From: Candidatus Latescibacterota bacterium
GTDB lineage: Bacteria > Latescibacterota > UBA2968
NCBI GenBank assembly: GCA_965198115.1
Contig: OZ240241.1
Span: forward strand, 768,001 to 832,000
Direction of reading: 5' to 3'
Length of the DNA: 64,000 nt
The position numbers were made by a program, and so were the translations under genes. Numbering within the stretch: position 1 is the first letter of the stretch; each line of letters begins with the position of its first letter. The notes below the pieces were generated by a model. The model made no database searches and was not told where the DNA came from. It saw only the letters and a list, made by a program, of their open reading frames with translations. Positions 8,743 through 19,243 of the stretch are shown here, piece by piece.

Positions 8743-10179
8743 ATGTCGTCAGATACCCGATATCAGAACCCGTTGACTGAGCGCTACGCCAGTCCGGAGA
8801 TGAGCGCCACTTTTTCGGACCAGACCAAGTTTTCCACCTGGCGATCTCTCTGGATCGCCCTGGCCGAAGCCGAACGCGATCTCGGTCTGCCCATTACGGA
8901 TGAGCAGATCGACGAACTACGTCGACACAAGGAGGACATCGACTACGAAATCGCGCGAAAACGGGAACGAGAGGTTCGTCACGACGTGATGGCCCACGTC
9001 TACGCCTATGGCGAGCAATGTCCGACGGCCCGTCCGATTATCCATCTGGGCGCGACGAGTGCTTACGTTCAGGACAACACGGAACTCCTACAGATCCGCG
9101 AGGGGATCCGGATCGTGCGCAAGAAGCTGGTCAACCTGATCGCGGACCTCCGGGCTTTTGCGCTGGAGCAAAGGTCGCTGCCGACGCTGGGTTTCACGCA
9201 CTTTCAGCCTGCCCAGCTGACCACCGTCGGAAAGCGTGCGAGTCTATGGCTCCAGGACGTGGTGATGGACTACCAGGACCTTGTGTATCACCTGGAAACC
9301 TTGCGCTTTAGGGGCGTCAAGGGAACGACAGGCACGCAGGCCAGTTTTCTGGATCTGTTCGACGGGGATCACGATCGGGTGAAAAGACTGGACCAGCTCG
9401 TGACGGAAAAGATGGGATTTGGTGCCGCGGCGACGATCACCGGACAGACGTATTCGCGGAAGGTGGATGCGCAGATCGGGGACCTGTTGTCCCGCATCGC
9501 CCAGACTGCCCACAAGTTTGGCAACGACCTGCGTCTTCTTCAGAACCTGAAGGAGGTCGAGGAACCGTTCGAGAAGGGGCAGATCGGCTCTTCGGCGATG
9601 GCTTACAAGCGGAACCCGATGCGATCGGAGCGCATCTGTGCCCTCGCCAGATACGTGATCACGTCTGCCCAGAGCCCCGCCTTCACGCACGCCACGCAGT
9701 GGTTCGAGCGCACGCTGGACGACTCGGCGAACAAGCGTTTGGCCTTGCCGCAGATGTTTTTGGGCGTCGATGCGATTCTGATCCTCTTTATGAATGTGGC
9801 AAGGGGTCTCGTCGTCTATCCGAAGATCATTCGGCGTCACGTCGACGAGGAACTGCCCTTTATGGCGACCGAAAACATCCTCATGGCGTCCGTCAAACGT
9901 GGCGGCGACAGACAGGAACTCCACGAACGCATCCGGGTTCATTCGATGGACGCAGGGCGGCGCGTGAAGGAGGAAGGGCTGGACAACGATTTGTTGGATC
10001 GGATCGGCGCCGACGACGCCTTTGGGATGACGCGAAGCGATCTCGACGATCTTCTGGATCTGGAGGCCTTCGTGGGGAGGGCACCCGAGCAGGTCGACCA
10101 GTTCATCCAGGACGAAGTCGACCCGATTCTCGAAAAAGATCGCGCACTTCTTGGTGAAGGGGCGGAGGTGTTCGTGTAG
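8743..10179 (+). CDS. purB: Adenylosuccinate lyase
   Basis: RHDVMAH, IHLGATS, FTHFQPAQ and the signature GSSAMAYKRNPMRSE. Confidence 0.97.
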   Translation: MSSDTRYQNPLTERYASPEMSATFSDQTKFSTWRSLWIALAEAERDLGLPITDEQIDELRRHKEDIDYEIARKREREVRHDVMAHVYAYGEQCPTARPIIHLGATSAYVQDNTELLQIREGIRIVRKKLVNLIADLRAFALEQRSLPTLGFTHFQPAQLTTVGKRASLWLQDVVMDYQDLVYHLETLRFRGVKGTTGTQASFLDLFDGDHDRVKRLDQLVTEKMGFGAAATITGQTYSRKVDAQIGDLLSRIAQTAHKFGNDLRLLQNLKEVEEPFEKGQIGSSAMAYKRNPMRSERICALARYVITSAQSPAFTHATQWFERTLDDSANKRLALPQMFLGVDAILILFMNVARGLVVYPKIIRRHVDEELPFMATENILMASVKRGGDRQELHERIRVHSMDAGRRVKEEGLDNDLLDRIGADDAFGMTRSDLDDLLDLEAFVGRAPEQVDQFIQDEVDPILEKDRALLGEGAEVFV

Positions 10180-10200
10180 CCGTCGGTCAGCAGGAGTCGG

Positions 10201-11608
10201 TTAGGGGGTGGTACTCTGTAGAGTGCCGCCCTTTTCTTTTCGACTACCTGCTTGAGATACGCGATCCGTGCGCGGGCCGTCGCCTTCGAGTCATCCTCAT
10301 CGGGCCAGAGGTCGACGAATTTTTCGTAGGCGCGAAGCGCCTTTTCGTCCTCTCCGGCGTTTCGGTAGAGGGCACCGAGGGGATAGTAGTCAGCGGCAGA
10401 AGTGCTGTCGACCCTTACGACAGTCTCCAGTGACTCTATGGCCGATGTCCAGAACGCCACATGGTTAGCGCGGCTGACAGAAGGAATGCTACGTAAATGA
10501 GGAACTGAGGGATGCCATACTCCGCTGCAAACCACAGATAATCGTTGTGAGGGCGTCGAAAAGCGCGCCCCGGACGTATCTGCTCTCCCCTATCGTATCG
10601 AGGGTACTCGTTCTCCCAGTCCATTAGCCCCACCCCGAATAGAGGATAGTCCAGGACCATGCGAATCGTGTTCATCCAGGTGGACATTCGCCCGCTGTGT
10701 TGTGCGTGCCCGATTGAGAGCAAGGCCTCAGAAACAGATGACTTTTGGTCCGGAATGCGAGCGAGTCTCCCAAGCTGTTCCGGAGCGGGTTGGATCTGCG
10801 CGCCCCAAGTGACGCAGGCAACCGCTGCGGTGGCAATCAGAACCTTGCGACGCGTCATGAGATGGAGTTCGGATGATAGGAAGTGAAGGTGCTTGCGCCT
10901 CAAGATGAGGCACACGCCTACGAGCATTATTGCGCTCGCCAGGCCCACCCAGCTGCCGCGAGTTCGTGTGTAGATCAGCAGCAGCACCGAAGCGGCCGAG
11001 GAGGACGCGGTGAGGATTTCTGCCAAGGCGCTTCGTGTCATCAGGAACGGTACGATCCCAACAGGAACGGCGACGATAAGATACATTGCCAGCAGGTTTC
11101 GGTAAGAAAACGTCGCACTGGGGAGGCCTGCAGTTGGCCATTGAAGAAACGCCAGATTCAAGTACTGGCAGATTCCAATGATGGAAACGACGATCGTAGC
11201 CAGGGAAATACACCAGGTCCAGAGAGGTAGGTTTTTCCGTTCGGTCAGGCGGGAAAAGGCGAAGTATAGCGATGTCAGCATAGCAAACTTCGCCAACTCA
11301 AGTCCTCCTCGGAGCCAGGACGTCGACCCCAGGTAGGCGACGCACGTCGTGGCTAGGAAGGCGAGCGTCCACTGGTCCAGCTTGCTCAGATGACCAATGC
11401 CTTTACCGCTCCCAAACCACAAAAGGGACACGAAAACCGTGGCAGCCGCCACCGCGACGTACTTCGGCATGAGGCCTGGGTCCGAAAAGCCTAGGGGATA
11501 GACCCACGCCGTTCTGAAGATCAGTCCTGCACCCGCCAACGATGTTGAGCGATAGAGAGGCGGTCGGCTACTCTCGTCGACCGTATTTTCTATGATGTTT
11601 GCCTCCAT
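10201..11608 (-). pseudogene. O-antigen ligase family protein with C-terminal TPR, apparently internally deleted or frameshifted
   Basis: TRTRGSWVG, PLFGVG and RPHNDYL motifs, stop at 10436. A TPR-like segment (SAIESLETVVRVDSTSAADYYPLGALYRNAGEDEKALRAYEKFV) follows in another frame. The 3' end is uncertain. Confidence 0.7.
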
Positions 11609-11812
11609 CAAATGCCGTGTTCGCGCCGTAAGGGTCTTCGACAGTCAAATCAAGATAGTAACAGCAATCGTCCGACGGAAACGCGCAACGACAAACACTC
11701 TGCGATCTTCGAGACAAGAATACGAATCAAAGAGTGGCTCCGTACTCGGTACCGGTCGTATCTTGGGCGGGCCATCGCTCGGTTTGAACCAAAACAGCCT
11801 TCCCAAGGCTTG

Positions 11813-13779
11813 ATGCTGATGTCGATAGAGCCACAAATTCGTGCAGCTTCGGTCGACGCCGGAACCTCGCGCCCTCCCGTCACCCTTCTGTCACTGACGT
11901 TGGGCATGTTGTTCTGTGTGTTGGCGACGGTGGCGGGTTCGTATGCTCGATTCGTCCTTCACACCACGCGTTTGGACCAGAACCACCTTTCCATGGCTGC
12001 TGTCGTACCGCTGGCCCTGATCGCCGTATTCCTCTCCCGCCCGTTGAAGATCCGCCGTGGTGAAATGATCGTGATCTTCTCGATGGCCCTGATCGGCGCG
12101 ACGATGCCGACTTACTTCATCGGAAAGCTGATCGCCAACATCACCGTGCCCTACTATCTCGCCACACCCGAGAACCAATGGGCCACCTTTTTCGGCTCAG
12201 ACCTGCCTTCTTACGCCGTTCTCGAGCCCGGCCGCGCCCTCGAATGGTTTTTCGAAGGCTTGCCCCGCGGATCGACGATTCCGTGGGATGCTTGGGTGGT
12301 ACCGGTCTTCTGGTGGGTTACGGTGATCGCTGCCTTCTACGGTTGCTGTCTGTGTCTGATGGTGGTGCTGAGAAAGCAGTGGATGGAATACGAACGTGTC
12401 GAGTATCCTTTGATGGAAATGCCCCTGGCGATCGTGGAGGAACCACGGAACGGCAGGCGATGGCTTCGGGTGCCGGTCATGCAGTCTCCGCTGTTCTGGA
12501 TCGGCTTCGGGATCCCGATGTTCATGATTTTGTGGAACATCGGGTCCTATTTCAATCCGACCTTCCCATCGATTCCCTGGCGCTATCCGACGATTCAATT
12601 TGGACGACAGTTTCCGCCTCTTCGGATGCTGCTGTATCCGATGATCGTTGGCTTCGCCTATTTCATCAAGCTTGACATCCTTCTGAGTCTCTGGGTTTTC
12701 AACGTATTCACGAACCTCGAGATCGGAGTTTTCAATCGTCTTGGCTACGAGGCCGGTGCATACGAGGAGTATTCCACGAAGCCGCTGTCGGTAGGCGCTC
12801 AAACGATGGGGGCTTTCATCGTCATCGTCTCGGTCGGTTCTGGATGGCACGTCACCATCTTCGGGATGTGTTCCGAAAAGCTTTCTACGGTGATCGCGAC
12901 GTGGATGACTCGAGCGAGGTGATCTCCTATCGTACAGCTGTGTTCGGGTTCCTCGTTTGTGCGGCCTACCTCGTGGTGTGGCATTACCGCACCGGCATGG
13001 AACTGAAACTGATCCCTCTTTTTCTCCTGGGCTGCCTGGTGATGTACCTGGGGATCACACGCGTGATCGCCGAAACGGGGCTCATCGCCCTTCGCGCACC
13101 ACTGATGCCCCAGCCGTTTGCTTTGTTTCTGATGGGTTCGGACGTCCTCACGCAAAGGACGATGGTGTCCATCGCGCTTTCCTACTCCTGGTGCAGCGAC
13201 ACAAAGACGACGATCATGCCCTCACTCGCCCATTCGTTGAGGCTCTACGATACCGTGAGGGGGCATCGTCGGGCTCTGCTGGGTGCCGTTCTTTTGGCGA
13301 TGACAGTTGGAGTCGCCGCCTCGTTCGTCTACACGGTTCACGCAGGCTACGAGACGGGTGCGGCGAACTACGGTGGAATTTTCACGGGGGGACTGGCCCA
13401 GTATCCGTGGGACAACCTCGTGAAAAAATCGAAGGAACCGTTCGATACACAGTGGAAGCCCCTGAGCTTCATGGGCATCGGAGCCGTCGTCACCGGGATC
13501 CTGATGATCGTGCGATATCGTTACCCGGCGTGGCCGTTTCACCCTGTTGGTTTCGCGGCGGGACCCGTGATCCCCGCCAATTATCTGTTGTTGTCGTTCC
13601 TGGTTGCTTGGTTCATCAAGCAGGGGATCCTGAGTGTTGGTGGAATCCGAGGCTATCGCGCCGGGAGGCCGTTCTTCATCGGACTCATTCTGGGACATTT
13701 CGTGGGTGCGGCCCTTTCCTTCGGTGTCGATATGGTCTGGTTTCCGGGACGAGGCCACGGGATTCCGTTCTCGGACTAG
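11813..13779 (+). CDS. DUF6785/DUF6784-type polytopic membrane protein (putative transporter), one frameshift near 12838
   Basis: Two overlapping ORFs join as ...VG(F)WMARHHLRDVF. Motifs YYLATPENQW, LRKQWMEYERVEYPL, WPFHPVGF, RPFFIGLILG. Confidence 0.78.
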
Positions 13780-13932
13780 TGCGATCCAATCCCCACGATG
13801 AGGCCAGCGGCGACTTTGTTCCACGAGGGAGTGGCACTCCAGCCGCGTTATGATGTAACTTTCTTCCGTGCACGTGTGTCTGAGAATTGAGTCAGCCTGA
13901 AATGGAACACCATCCAACCGCTTGGAGGCATC

Positions 13933-14454
13933 ATGCCCGAGGCAATCGCTGTAGCTGATGCGTTGGCCGAGCTCGTCGAAGCCGGTTTCACCCGAGATCA
14001 GGGTCGTCTCGAAACGATTTTCATTCGCCCGGAGCACGATGGGCGCGAAGAACTCGAAGAGGCTACGTTGACGACGGCCGAGGGGGTCGTCGGAGACCTG
14101 TGGAAAACCAAGGATTCCCGAACACAGATTACGCTCATGAACGCAAAGGTCCTCGACTGCGTTTGCCAGGGGGATCGATCGCGATGGGGGCTGGCGGGTG
14201 ATCAGCTGATCGTCGACCTCGACCTGAGCGTTGAGAACCTGCCCGTCGGGCAACGACTACAGATCGGAGAGACGACGGTCGAGGTGACCGAGATTCCGCA
14301 CACGGGATGCCAGAAGTTCACTGCCCGGTATGGGGCCGAGGCATTGGACTACATCAACGCCGAGGTGCGAGCAGATCTGCGTCTGCGGGGCGTCTACGTG
14401 AGGGTGGTCGAAGATGGGACGGTGCGAGCGGGAGACGCGATCGAAAAGATCTGA
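13933..14454 (+). CDS. MOSC domain-containing protein
   Basis: GVVGD, QITLMN, AGDQL, PHTGCQKF, RLRGVYVRVVEDGTVRAGD; GGAGG RBS. Confidence 0.92.
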   Translation: MPEAIAVADALAELVEAGFTRDQGRLETIFIRPEHDGREELEEATLTTAEGVVGDLWKTKDSRTQITLMNAKVLDCVCQGDRSRWGLAGDQLIVDLDLSVENLPVGQRLQIGETTVEVTEIPHTGCQKFTARYGAEALDYINAEVRADLRLRGVYVRVVEDGTVRAGDAIEKI

Positions 14455-14477
14455 AGATAGACTGAGCAAAGAGAGCA

Positions 14478-14516
14478 GGCCCCGGCGTTTCAACGACGTC
14501 GGGGCCCCTTTCTTTG
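14478..14516 (+). terminator. Intrinsic terminator after the MOSC gene
   Basis: GGCCCCGGCGTT-TCAAC-GACGTCGGGGCC followed by CCTTTCTTT. Confidence 0.65.
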
Positions 14517-14571
14517 TAGAGTCGGGTTTGTGTCAGACAGCGATGCCGTGCGTCTCGAGCCACTTTTTTTT

Positions 14572-15991
14572 GGCTCTATCCGGGTTTCTCAACGGTGAAA
14601 CTATAGAATGACAAGGTCATAGATCGTTCCCTACGCTTGGTTGTGTGTGTAGGACAATCAAAGCGAAGGGGGTGCGACCTATGACCGGGAGCAGATTACT
14701 ATCGAAACTGCTGAGATTCAAGGGGTTCCGTGTTGTCAGCTGGTGGTTTGAGGGGAGAAGCTGTTTCGTCATCGCCGTAAAGCCCCATAAGAATGGTTGT
14801 TGTTGTCCGGAGTGCGGCCGTCGAGGTAAAATCGTCCGCACAATGCCCCATCCGCGTCGGTGGCGTGACATTCCGGTGTGCGGGTGGAGGGTCTGGCTTC
14901 TCTACCATCCTCGGGAGATTCGGTGTCCTACCCACGGTCGTGTGGTCGAGGAGATTCCGTGGGCGGAGCGGTTCTCTCGGGTGACGTATCGCTTCGAGTA
15001 TGCCATGCTGCGCTACTGCCAGACCATGACGCAGAAGGCGGCGTCCGAGTTGCTGCGCATCTCTGCCTCGACGCTGTCGGATCTCCTTCACCGATCCATC
15101 ACGCGGCTTCGTGAAGGTCATCGTATCCGAGGGCTCAAAACCATCGGGATCGACGAGATCTCCTACGCCAAGCGTCACAGGTACGCCACGCTCGTTTACG
15201 ATCTGGACCGCTCCTGCGTGGTGTGGGTTGGCCGCGGCAGGGCGCGTAAAACGATCGATCGGTTTTTCACAGAGGCTCTCAGTCCCTACCAGAGATCCAA
15301 GATCGAGTGGGCCTGCTGCGACATGAGCGAAGCTTACATCGGAGCCATCCAGGAACACTGTCCGAATGCCAAGCTGGTCCTCGATCGCTTTCACATCGTC
15401 AAGGCTCTCAATGCCGCCGTTGACGAGGTCCGTAAGGACCAGTGGCGTAAAGCTGCCCCGGATGAGCGCAAAGCCATGAAGGGCCTCCGATGGCTCCTCT
15501 ACCGGCACTCAGCGACACGCTCCAGAGGGGATACTCGGACACTCAAAGCACTGGAGAAGGCGAACTACCGAATCTATAGAGCCTGGAGACTCAAGGACGA
15601 GTTCGAGCAGTTCTGGGAATACAAAGCGCCCTGGGCTGCCGAACGCTTCCTGAAATGCTGGACGACGTCCGCACTCAGAAGTCGACTTGAACCCCTGCGA
15701 AAGTTCGTCAGGACCCTGCGACAGCACTTCTTCGGCGTCCTCGCATTCGTGAACACGCGTCTTACCAACGCCATCGCCGAAGGCCTCAACCGAATCGTCC
15801 AAATCGTCAAGAACCGAGCCAGCGGATTCCGCACACTCGACGCATTCAACGATATGATCTTCCTTACCGTCGGAGACATAAACATCCCTGAGCAGATTCC
15901 GAAGAGGTTCCGCACACTCTAACCGCGCCCCCATGCCAGGAACCACGGCACCTTCACCCACTTCATCTCGTTGAGAGATCCGGATATAGCC
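14572..15991 (+). mobile_element. ISL3-family insertion sequence, copy 1 (1420 bp)
   Basis: IRs GGCTCTATCCGGGTTTCTCAACG / GGCTATATCCGGATCTCTCAACG. Near-identical to 38379-39798. Degenerate 8-bp target duplication TTTTTTTT / GTTTTTAG. Confidence 0.95.
14681..15922 (+). CDS. ISL3-family transposase
   Basis: CPECG zinc finger, IGIDE, CCDMS, DRFHIV, TNAIAEGLN. Confidence 0.96.
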   Translation: MTGSRLLSKLLRFKGFRVVSWWFEGRSCFVIAVKPHKNGCCCPECGRRGKIVRTMPHPRRWRDIPVCGWRVWLLYHPREIRCPTHGRVVEEIPWAERFSRVTYRFEYAMLRYCQTMTQKAASELLRISASTLSDLLHRSITRLREGHRIRGLKTIGIDEISYAKRHRYATLVYDLDRSCVVWVGRGRARKTIDRFFTEALSPYQRSKIEWACCDMSEAYIGAIQEHCPNAKLVLDRFHIVKALNAAVDEVRKDQWRKAAPDERKAMKGLRWLLYRHSATRSRGDTRTLKALEKANYRIYRAWRLKDEFEQFWEYKAPWAAERFLKCWTTSALRSRLEPLRKFVRTLRQHFFGVLAFVNTRLTNAIAEGLNRIVQIVKNRASGFRTLDAFNDMIFLTVGDINIPEQIPKRFRTL

Positions 15992-16828
15992 GTTTTTAGG
16001 GGTGCGTCCTCATCCTTTACGTTGTAGAACCCCGTTTCGTTGACCTTCTGTCCAAGCAATTGTCGCCGAATTGGATCCGACGATTTCAGCAGATCATCAG
16101 GCAACCTCGGCTCGAACTGTGGCCGCATCCATCGATAGGCGTAGCCGTAGAAAAGGACCTTGCGGACGACGGATGAGTGGTTTGGGCTTCGAGCGTGCCA
16201 TAGCCTACGATCGAAGAGGGTGACATCACCCGGGCGAGCGCAGACAGGAATAGCCCCATCGGGATTTCGATCGGACGGAATCTCGAGGGAGTCGCGAAGG
16301 TGACTGCCGGGTACAACCCAGAAGTTGCCACGGCCTGGTTCGCCGACGTCACTGAGCCAAAGGACGACTTTCATCGAGAGACGCGGGCGTGGACGGGATT
16401 CGATTTCGTCGTTCACGCGGCCGCTGTCCTGGTGGAAAGCGAGCGGTTCGGAAAAGCACGATCCTTCTACGCCTTCCTGCGGTGTGATGCCCAGATGGTG
16501 GTGATAGAGGTAGATGTTCCACCCCAAGATCGACCACACGAGCGGTAGCGTGGCAGGATGGTCGATGAGTTCCACGAAGATCGGGTCTCGCCAGAGGTAG
16601 TCGTGATGGAGCAAGTTCTTGGAAGGGTCGTGTCCTTCCTCTACAAGATGGTTCCATAAGCGGTCCACAGCTTCGGTCAGGTCGGAAACGTGCTGTGGGT
16701 CCAAAACGTCTTCGAGGACCAGGAAACCCTGATCCTCGAAGATGCGACGCCGGTCTTTGGGTAATTGGTACTGGAGCGCTGATTCGTCCACGGATTCCTG
16801 CCGATCTGCTCTGTCGCGCCCGAACCTT

Positions 16829-17557
16829 CTACTTCTTCTTGATGTACGGGTCGCTGCTGCCCCTCGCTTCGCGGAGCGCAGCGAGCCCCTGCCCTTTGAT
16901 CTTCAGCACCTTTCCGATACTCACTTCCTCTTTCTCGATGAGGGCCTTGGCGTTGGCCAGGACCGCCTCGAGGTGTTCCACAGGAAACTTGACGGCACCG
17001 TTCTCATCCATGTGGATGATCTCTCCGGGGGCGATGTCCATTCCCGCGATGTGGACGGGTACCTGGACGGCCTGGATCGCCTGCGGACCGTGACCCGGTG
17101 TGATCCCGTTCGTCAGATACTGAAACTCCATCGGACGGATTTCGTGGATGTCCCTTGACGGTCCGTTCGTGATCGCGCCGGTCGCACCCACTGCCATCAT
17201 GTTCGACGTCATGTTCCCGCCCGCGAGCCCCACCTTGTTCGCCAATTCGGGCGGGAACCGTTGCTCGAAGCAGAAGATGGCAGGCTTCGGTCCGTTGTCC
17301 ATGGCTTCGAGGACTTCGGTGAAATCGTGGGCGGGGTAGTTGGGGTCGGGTACGCTGTAAACGCAAGTAACCGCGTAGCCGGCGATGGCCCCGAGTTCGG
17401 GGTACCAGCACTGAAGGGAGTTGTCGGTATACCAGTTCATCGTCCAGGGGTTGTAAAGGCTCAGGCAGAGCGGATTACCGGGGTAGGTAGCGACCACGTT
17501 CGTGATGGTCGGTGTGTCGATTTTTCGGAGTTCTTCGAGCATTTCCTGGTCGGACAT
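16829..17557 (-). CDS. RraA family protein (HMG/CHA aldolase-like)
   Basis: DTPTITN, GYAVT, GGNM, GAITNGPSRDIHEI, PGEIIHMDENGAV. Confidence 0.88.
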   Translation of the reverse strand: MSDQEMLEELRKIDTPTITNVVATYPGNPLCLSLYNPWTMNWYTDNSLQCWYPELGAIAGYAVTCVYSVPDPNYPAHDFTEVLEAMDNGPKPAIFCFEQRFPPELANKVGLAGGNMTSNMMAVGATGAITNGPSRDIHEIRPMEFQYLTNGITPGHGPQAIQAVQVPVHIAGMDIAPGEIIHMDENGAVKFPVEHLEAVLANAKALIEKEEVSIGKVLKIKGQGLAALREARGSSDPYIKKK

Positions 17558-17601
17558 GGTCTTCTCCTGGTGGGGTTGGTGATGTCCTGGTCTAAACGAG
17601 G

Positions 17602-18477
17602 CTACGCAGGACCGACAGGCATACCCTTTCGGTCCGTCCTGGCCCGGAACAGGCTGCCTTCGTTGCCGGTCACGTAAAGCGACTCGGGATCCTCGTCACC
17701 GAACGCACAGTTGGTGGGGCTGATGCCTTCGGGAACAGGATGCGTGTCGAGCACGCGACCGTTCGGGGCGAAGACGTAGATCATCGGGCCGGGCCCGCTC
17801 TGTGCCCAGCCTGCCGTCGCGACGATGTTTCCGTCCACATCGAGGCGCATGCCGTCGATGCCGCGGTGGGGATAGAAGTTGTGGACGACTTGATAGTCTC
17901 CGACCGAGCCATCGTCATTGATGGGGTAGGCGCGAAGCTCTCGTGTGACGTCCGGTCCATAGTCGCTCTGTGCGACCAATAAGGTTTTCAAGTCGGGCGT
18001 GACGATCAATCCGTTAGGACGTGTCGTGTCGAAGGTGACGCGTACGATGTCGTAGTTGTCCTCGCCGATCGGGTCCAGACGAAAGATGGACTCGTGATCG
18101 AGTTCCATGTCGGTTCGATCGCCGTAGCGTGGGTCGGTAAACCCGACTCGCCCCTCCGTATCGACGACGATGTCGTTGGGGCTGTTGAGTCGCCGGCCGC
18201 CGAAGCTGTCCGCCAGAACGACTGGTTCCCGGTCCTCAACGTAGATGACGACTCGTCGACCATCTCCTTCGCAGGCGTAGAGTCGACCGGCAGCATCCAG
18301 CGTCAGTCCGTTGGCCCCGTTCGTGTCCGTTCGGAACTCAACGCAATCGCCCGTCGACGGGTCGTACTTCATGATTCGGTTGTTCGCAATGTCGGTAAAG
18401 AGCAAGTGGTCGCCACGCCACACGGGACCCTCTCCGAAGGCGTAGGGTCCTGCGACCCGTTCAAACTGCCAGGCCAT
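17602..18477 (-). CDS. SMP-30/gluconolactonase/LRE family protein
   Basis: EGPVW, NGLTLD, NSPND, PNGL, DGMRLDVDGN, TNCAFG. Confidence 0.94.
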   Translation of the reverse strand: MAWQFERVAGPYAFGEGPVWRGDHLLFTDIANNRIMKYDPSTGDCVEFRTDTNGANGLTLDAAGRLYACEGDGRRVVIYVEDREPVVLADSFGGRRLNSPNDIVVDTEGRVGFTDPRYGDRTDMELDHESIFRLDPIGEDNYDIVRVTFDTTRPNGLIVTPDLKTLLVAQSDYGPDVTRELRAYPINDDGSVGDYQVVHNFYPHRGIDGMRLDVDGNIVATAGWAQSGPGPMIYVFAPNGRVLDTHPVPEGISPTNCAFGDEDPESLYVTGNEGSLFRARTDRKGMPVGPA

Positions 18478-19231
18478 CGAGTTTCCTTTCCTTCTCTGTA
18501 CCGATGCTCTTGGGGCGGTGAATGTTGGCGCACATCAGTTGTTCGACCAGCTCTGAAGGGTTCTCCAGCTCATCGAGCTGCCCCCGCATGTCCTCCTGTG
18601 TGATCACACAAGGGCGCATATACATCCCGAGCAGGCAGGATCGAGCCTGATCGGTCTGATTCGGTCTGGCCGTATGCCACCACGCCCCGTGCGCGAAGAC
18701 GACGGATCCCTGCATGCCTGTCAAAATCTCGCCGTCTGACTTCCAGGCATCGCGTGGTTCGTCGGGCGGTTTGCCCTTCCGGTGGGAATACGGGACTGCG
18801 CCAGTGGCCCCATTCTCAACGGTGAAGTCATCCAAGAGCCACACCGTCTGACCGGCGAGGTTTCCGTTCGGCCACGGAGGTGTGATCGACCAGTAAGGAT
18901 AGTCGGCGTGCCAGCCGATACGGCCGTGTCCCGGATAGAGGGTGTTGGCCGTCCACGTGGAGCATACGACGTCCTCACCCAGATACCGCTTCCACACGTC
19001 GACGATCAGAGGATGACACATGAGATCCAAGAAAACCGGATCCTTGACGGCGATGCGACCGACGCGTTGGCTGCCCGATGCCTGTTCTTCGGGCGTGATC
19101 TCGTCGGCAAGCAGGCGCGACAAGACGCCATTCACACGATCCGCGTGCTCAGCCGAAATGACATCGGGGACAACGACAAACCCCCGCTCATCCATTCTGG
19201 CGATGATCTGATCGACGGACAATTCAAACAT
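18461..19231 (-). CDS. Phytanoyl-CoA dioxygenase (PhyH) family protein
   Basis: WHADYP, LDDFTVENGAT, WWHTARPN; GAAAGGA RBS before ATG 19231. Confidence 0.92.
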   Translation of the reverse strand: MFELSVDQIIARMDERGFVVVPDVISAEHADRVNGVLSRLLADEITPEEQASGSQRVGRIAVKDPVFLDLMCHPLIVDVWKRYLGEDVVCSTWTANTLYPGHGRIGWHADYPYWSITPPWPNGNLAGQTVWLLDDFTVENGATGAVPYSHRKGKPPDEPRDAWKSDGEILTGMQGSVVFAHGAWWHTARPNQTDQARSCLLGMYMRPCVITQEDMRGQLDELENPSELVEQLMCANIHRPKSIGTEKERKLDGLAV

Positions 19232-19243
19232 AGGATTCCTTTC

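Larger units (their letters stand above)
14533..16791 (-). pseudogene. Phytanoyl-CoA dioxygenase (PhyH) family protein, last codons displaced by ISL3
   Basis: HQD...WHARSPN Fe-binding motif in 16791-15992. The native tail (K)WLETHGIAV-TGA lies at 14571-14533 on the far side of the IS. The current ORF reads into the IS and stops at 15919. Confidence 0.85.

Noticed and set aside
9939-10200. 240-bp convergent overlap of a TPR ORF with purB
   Set aside because: Better explained by a lost stop codon (one base in a G run before TAA at 10201-10203) than by a real overlap.
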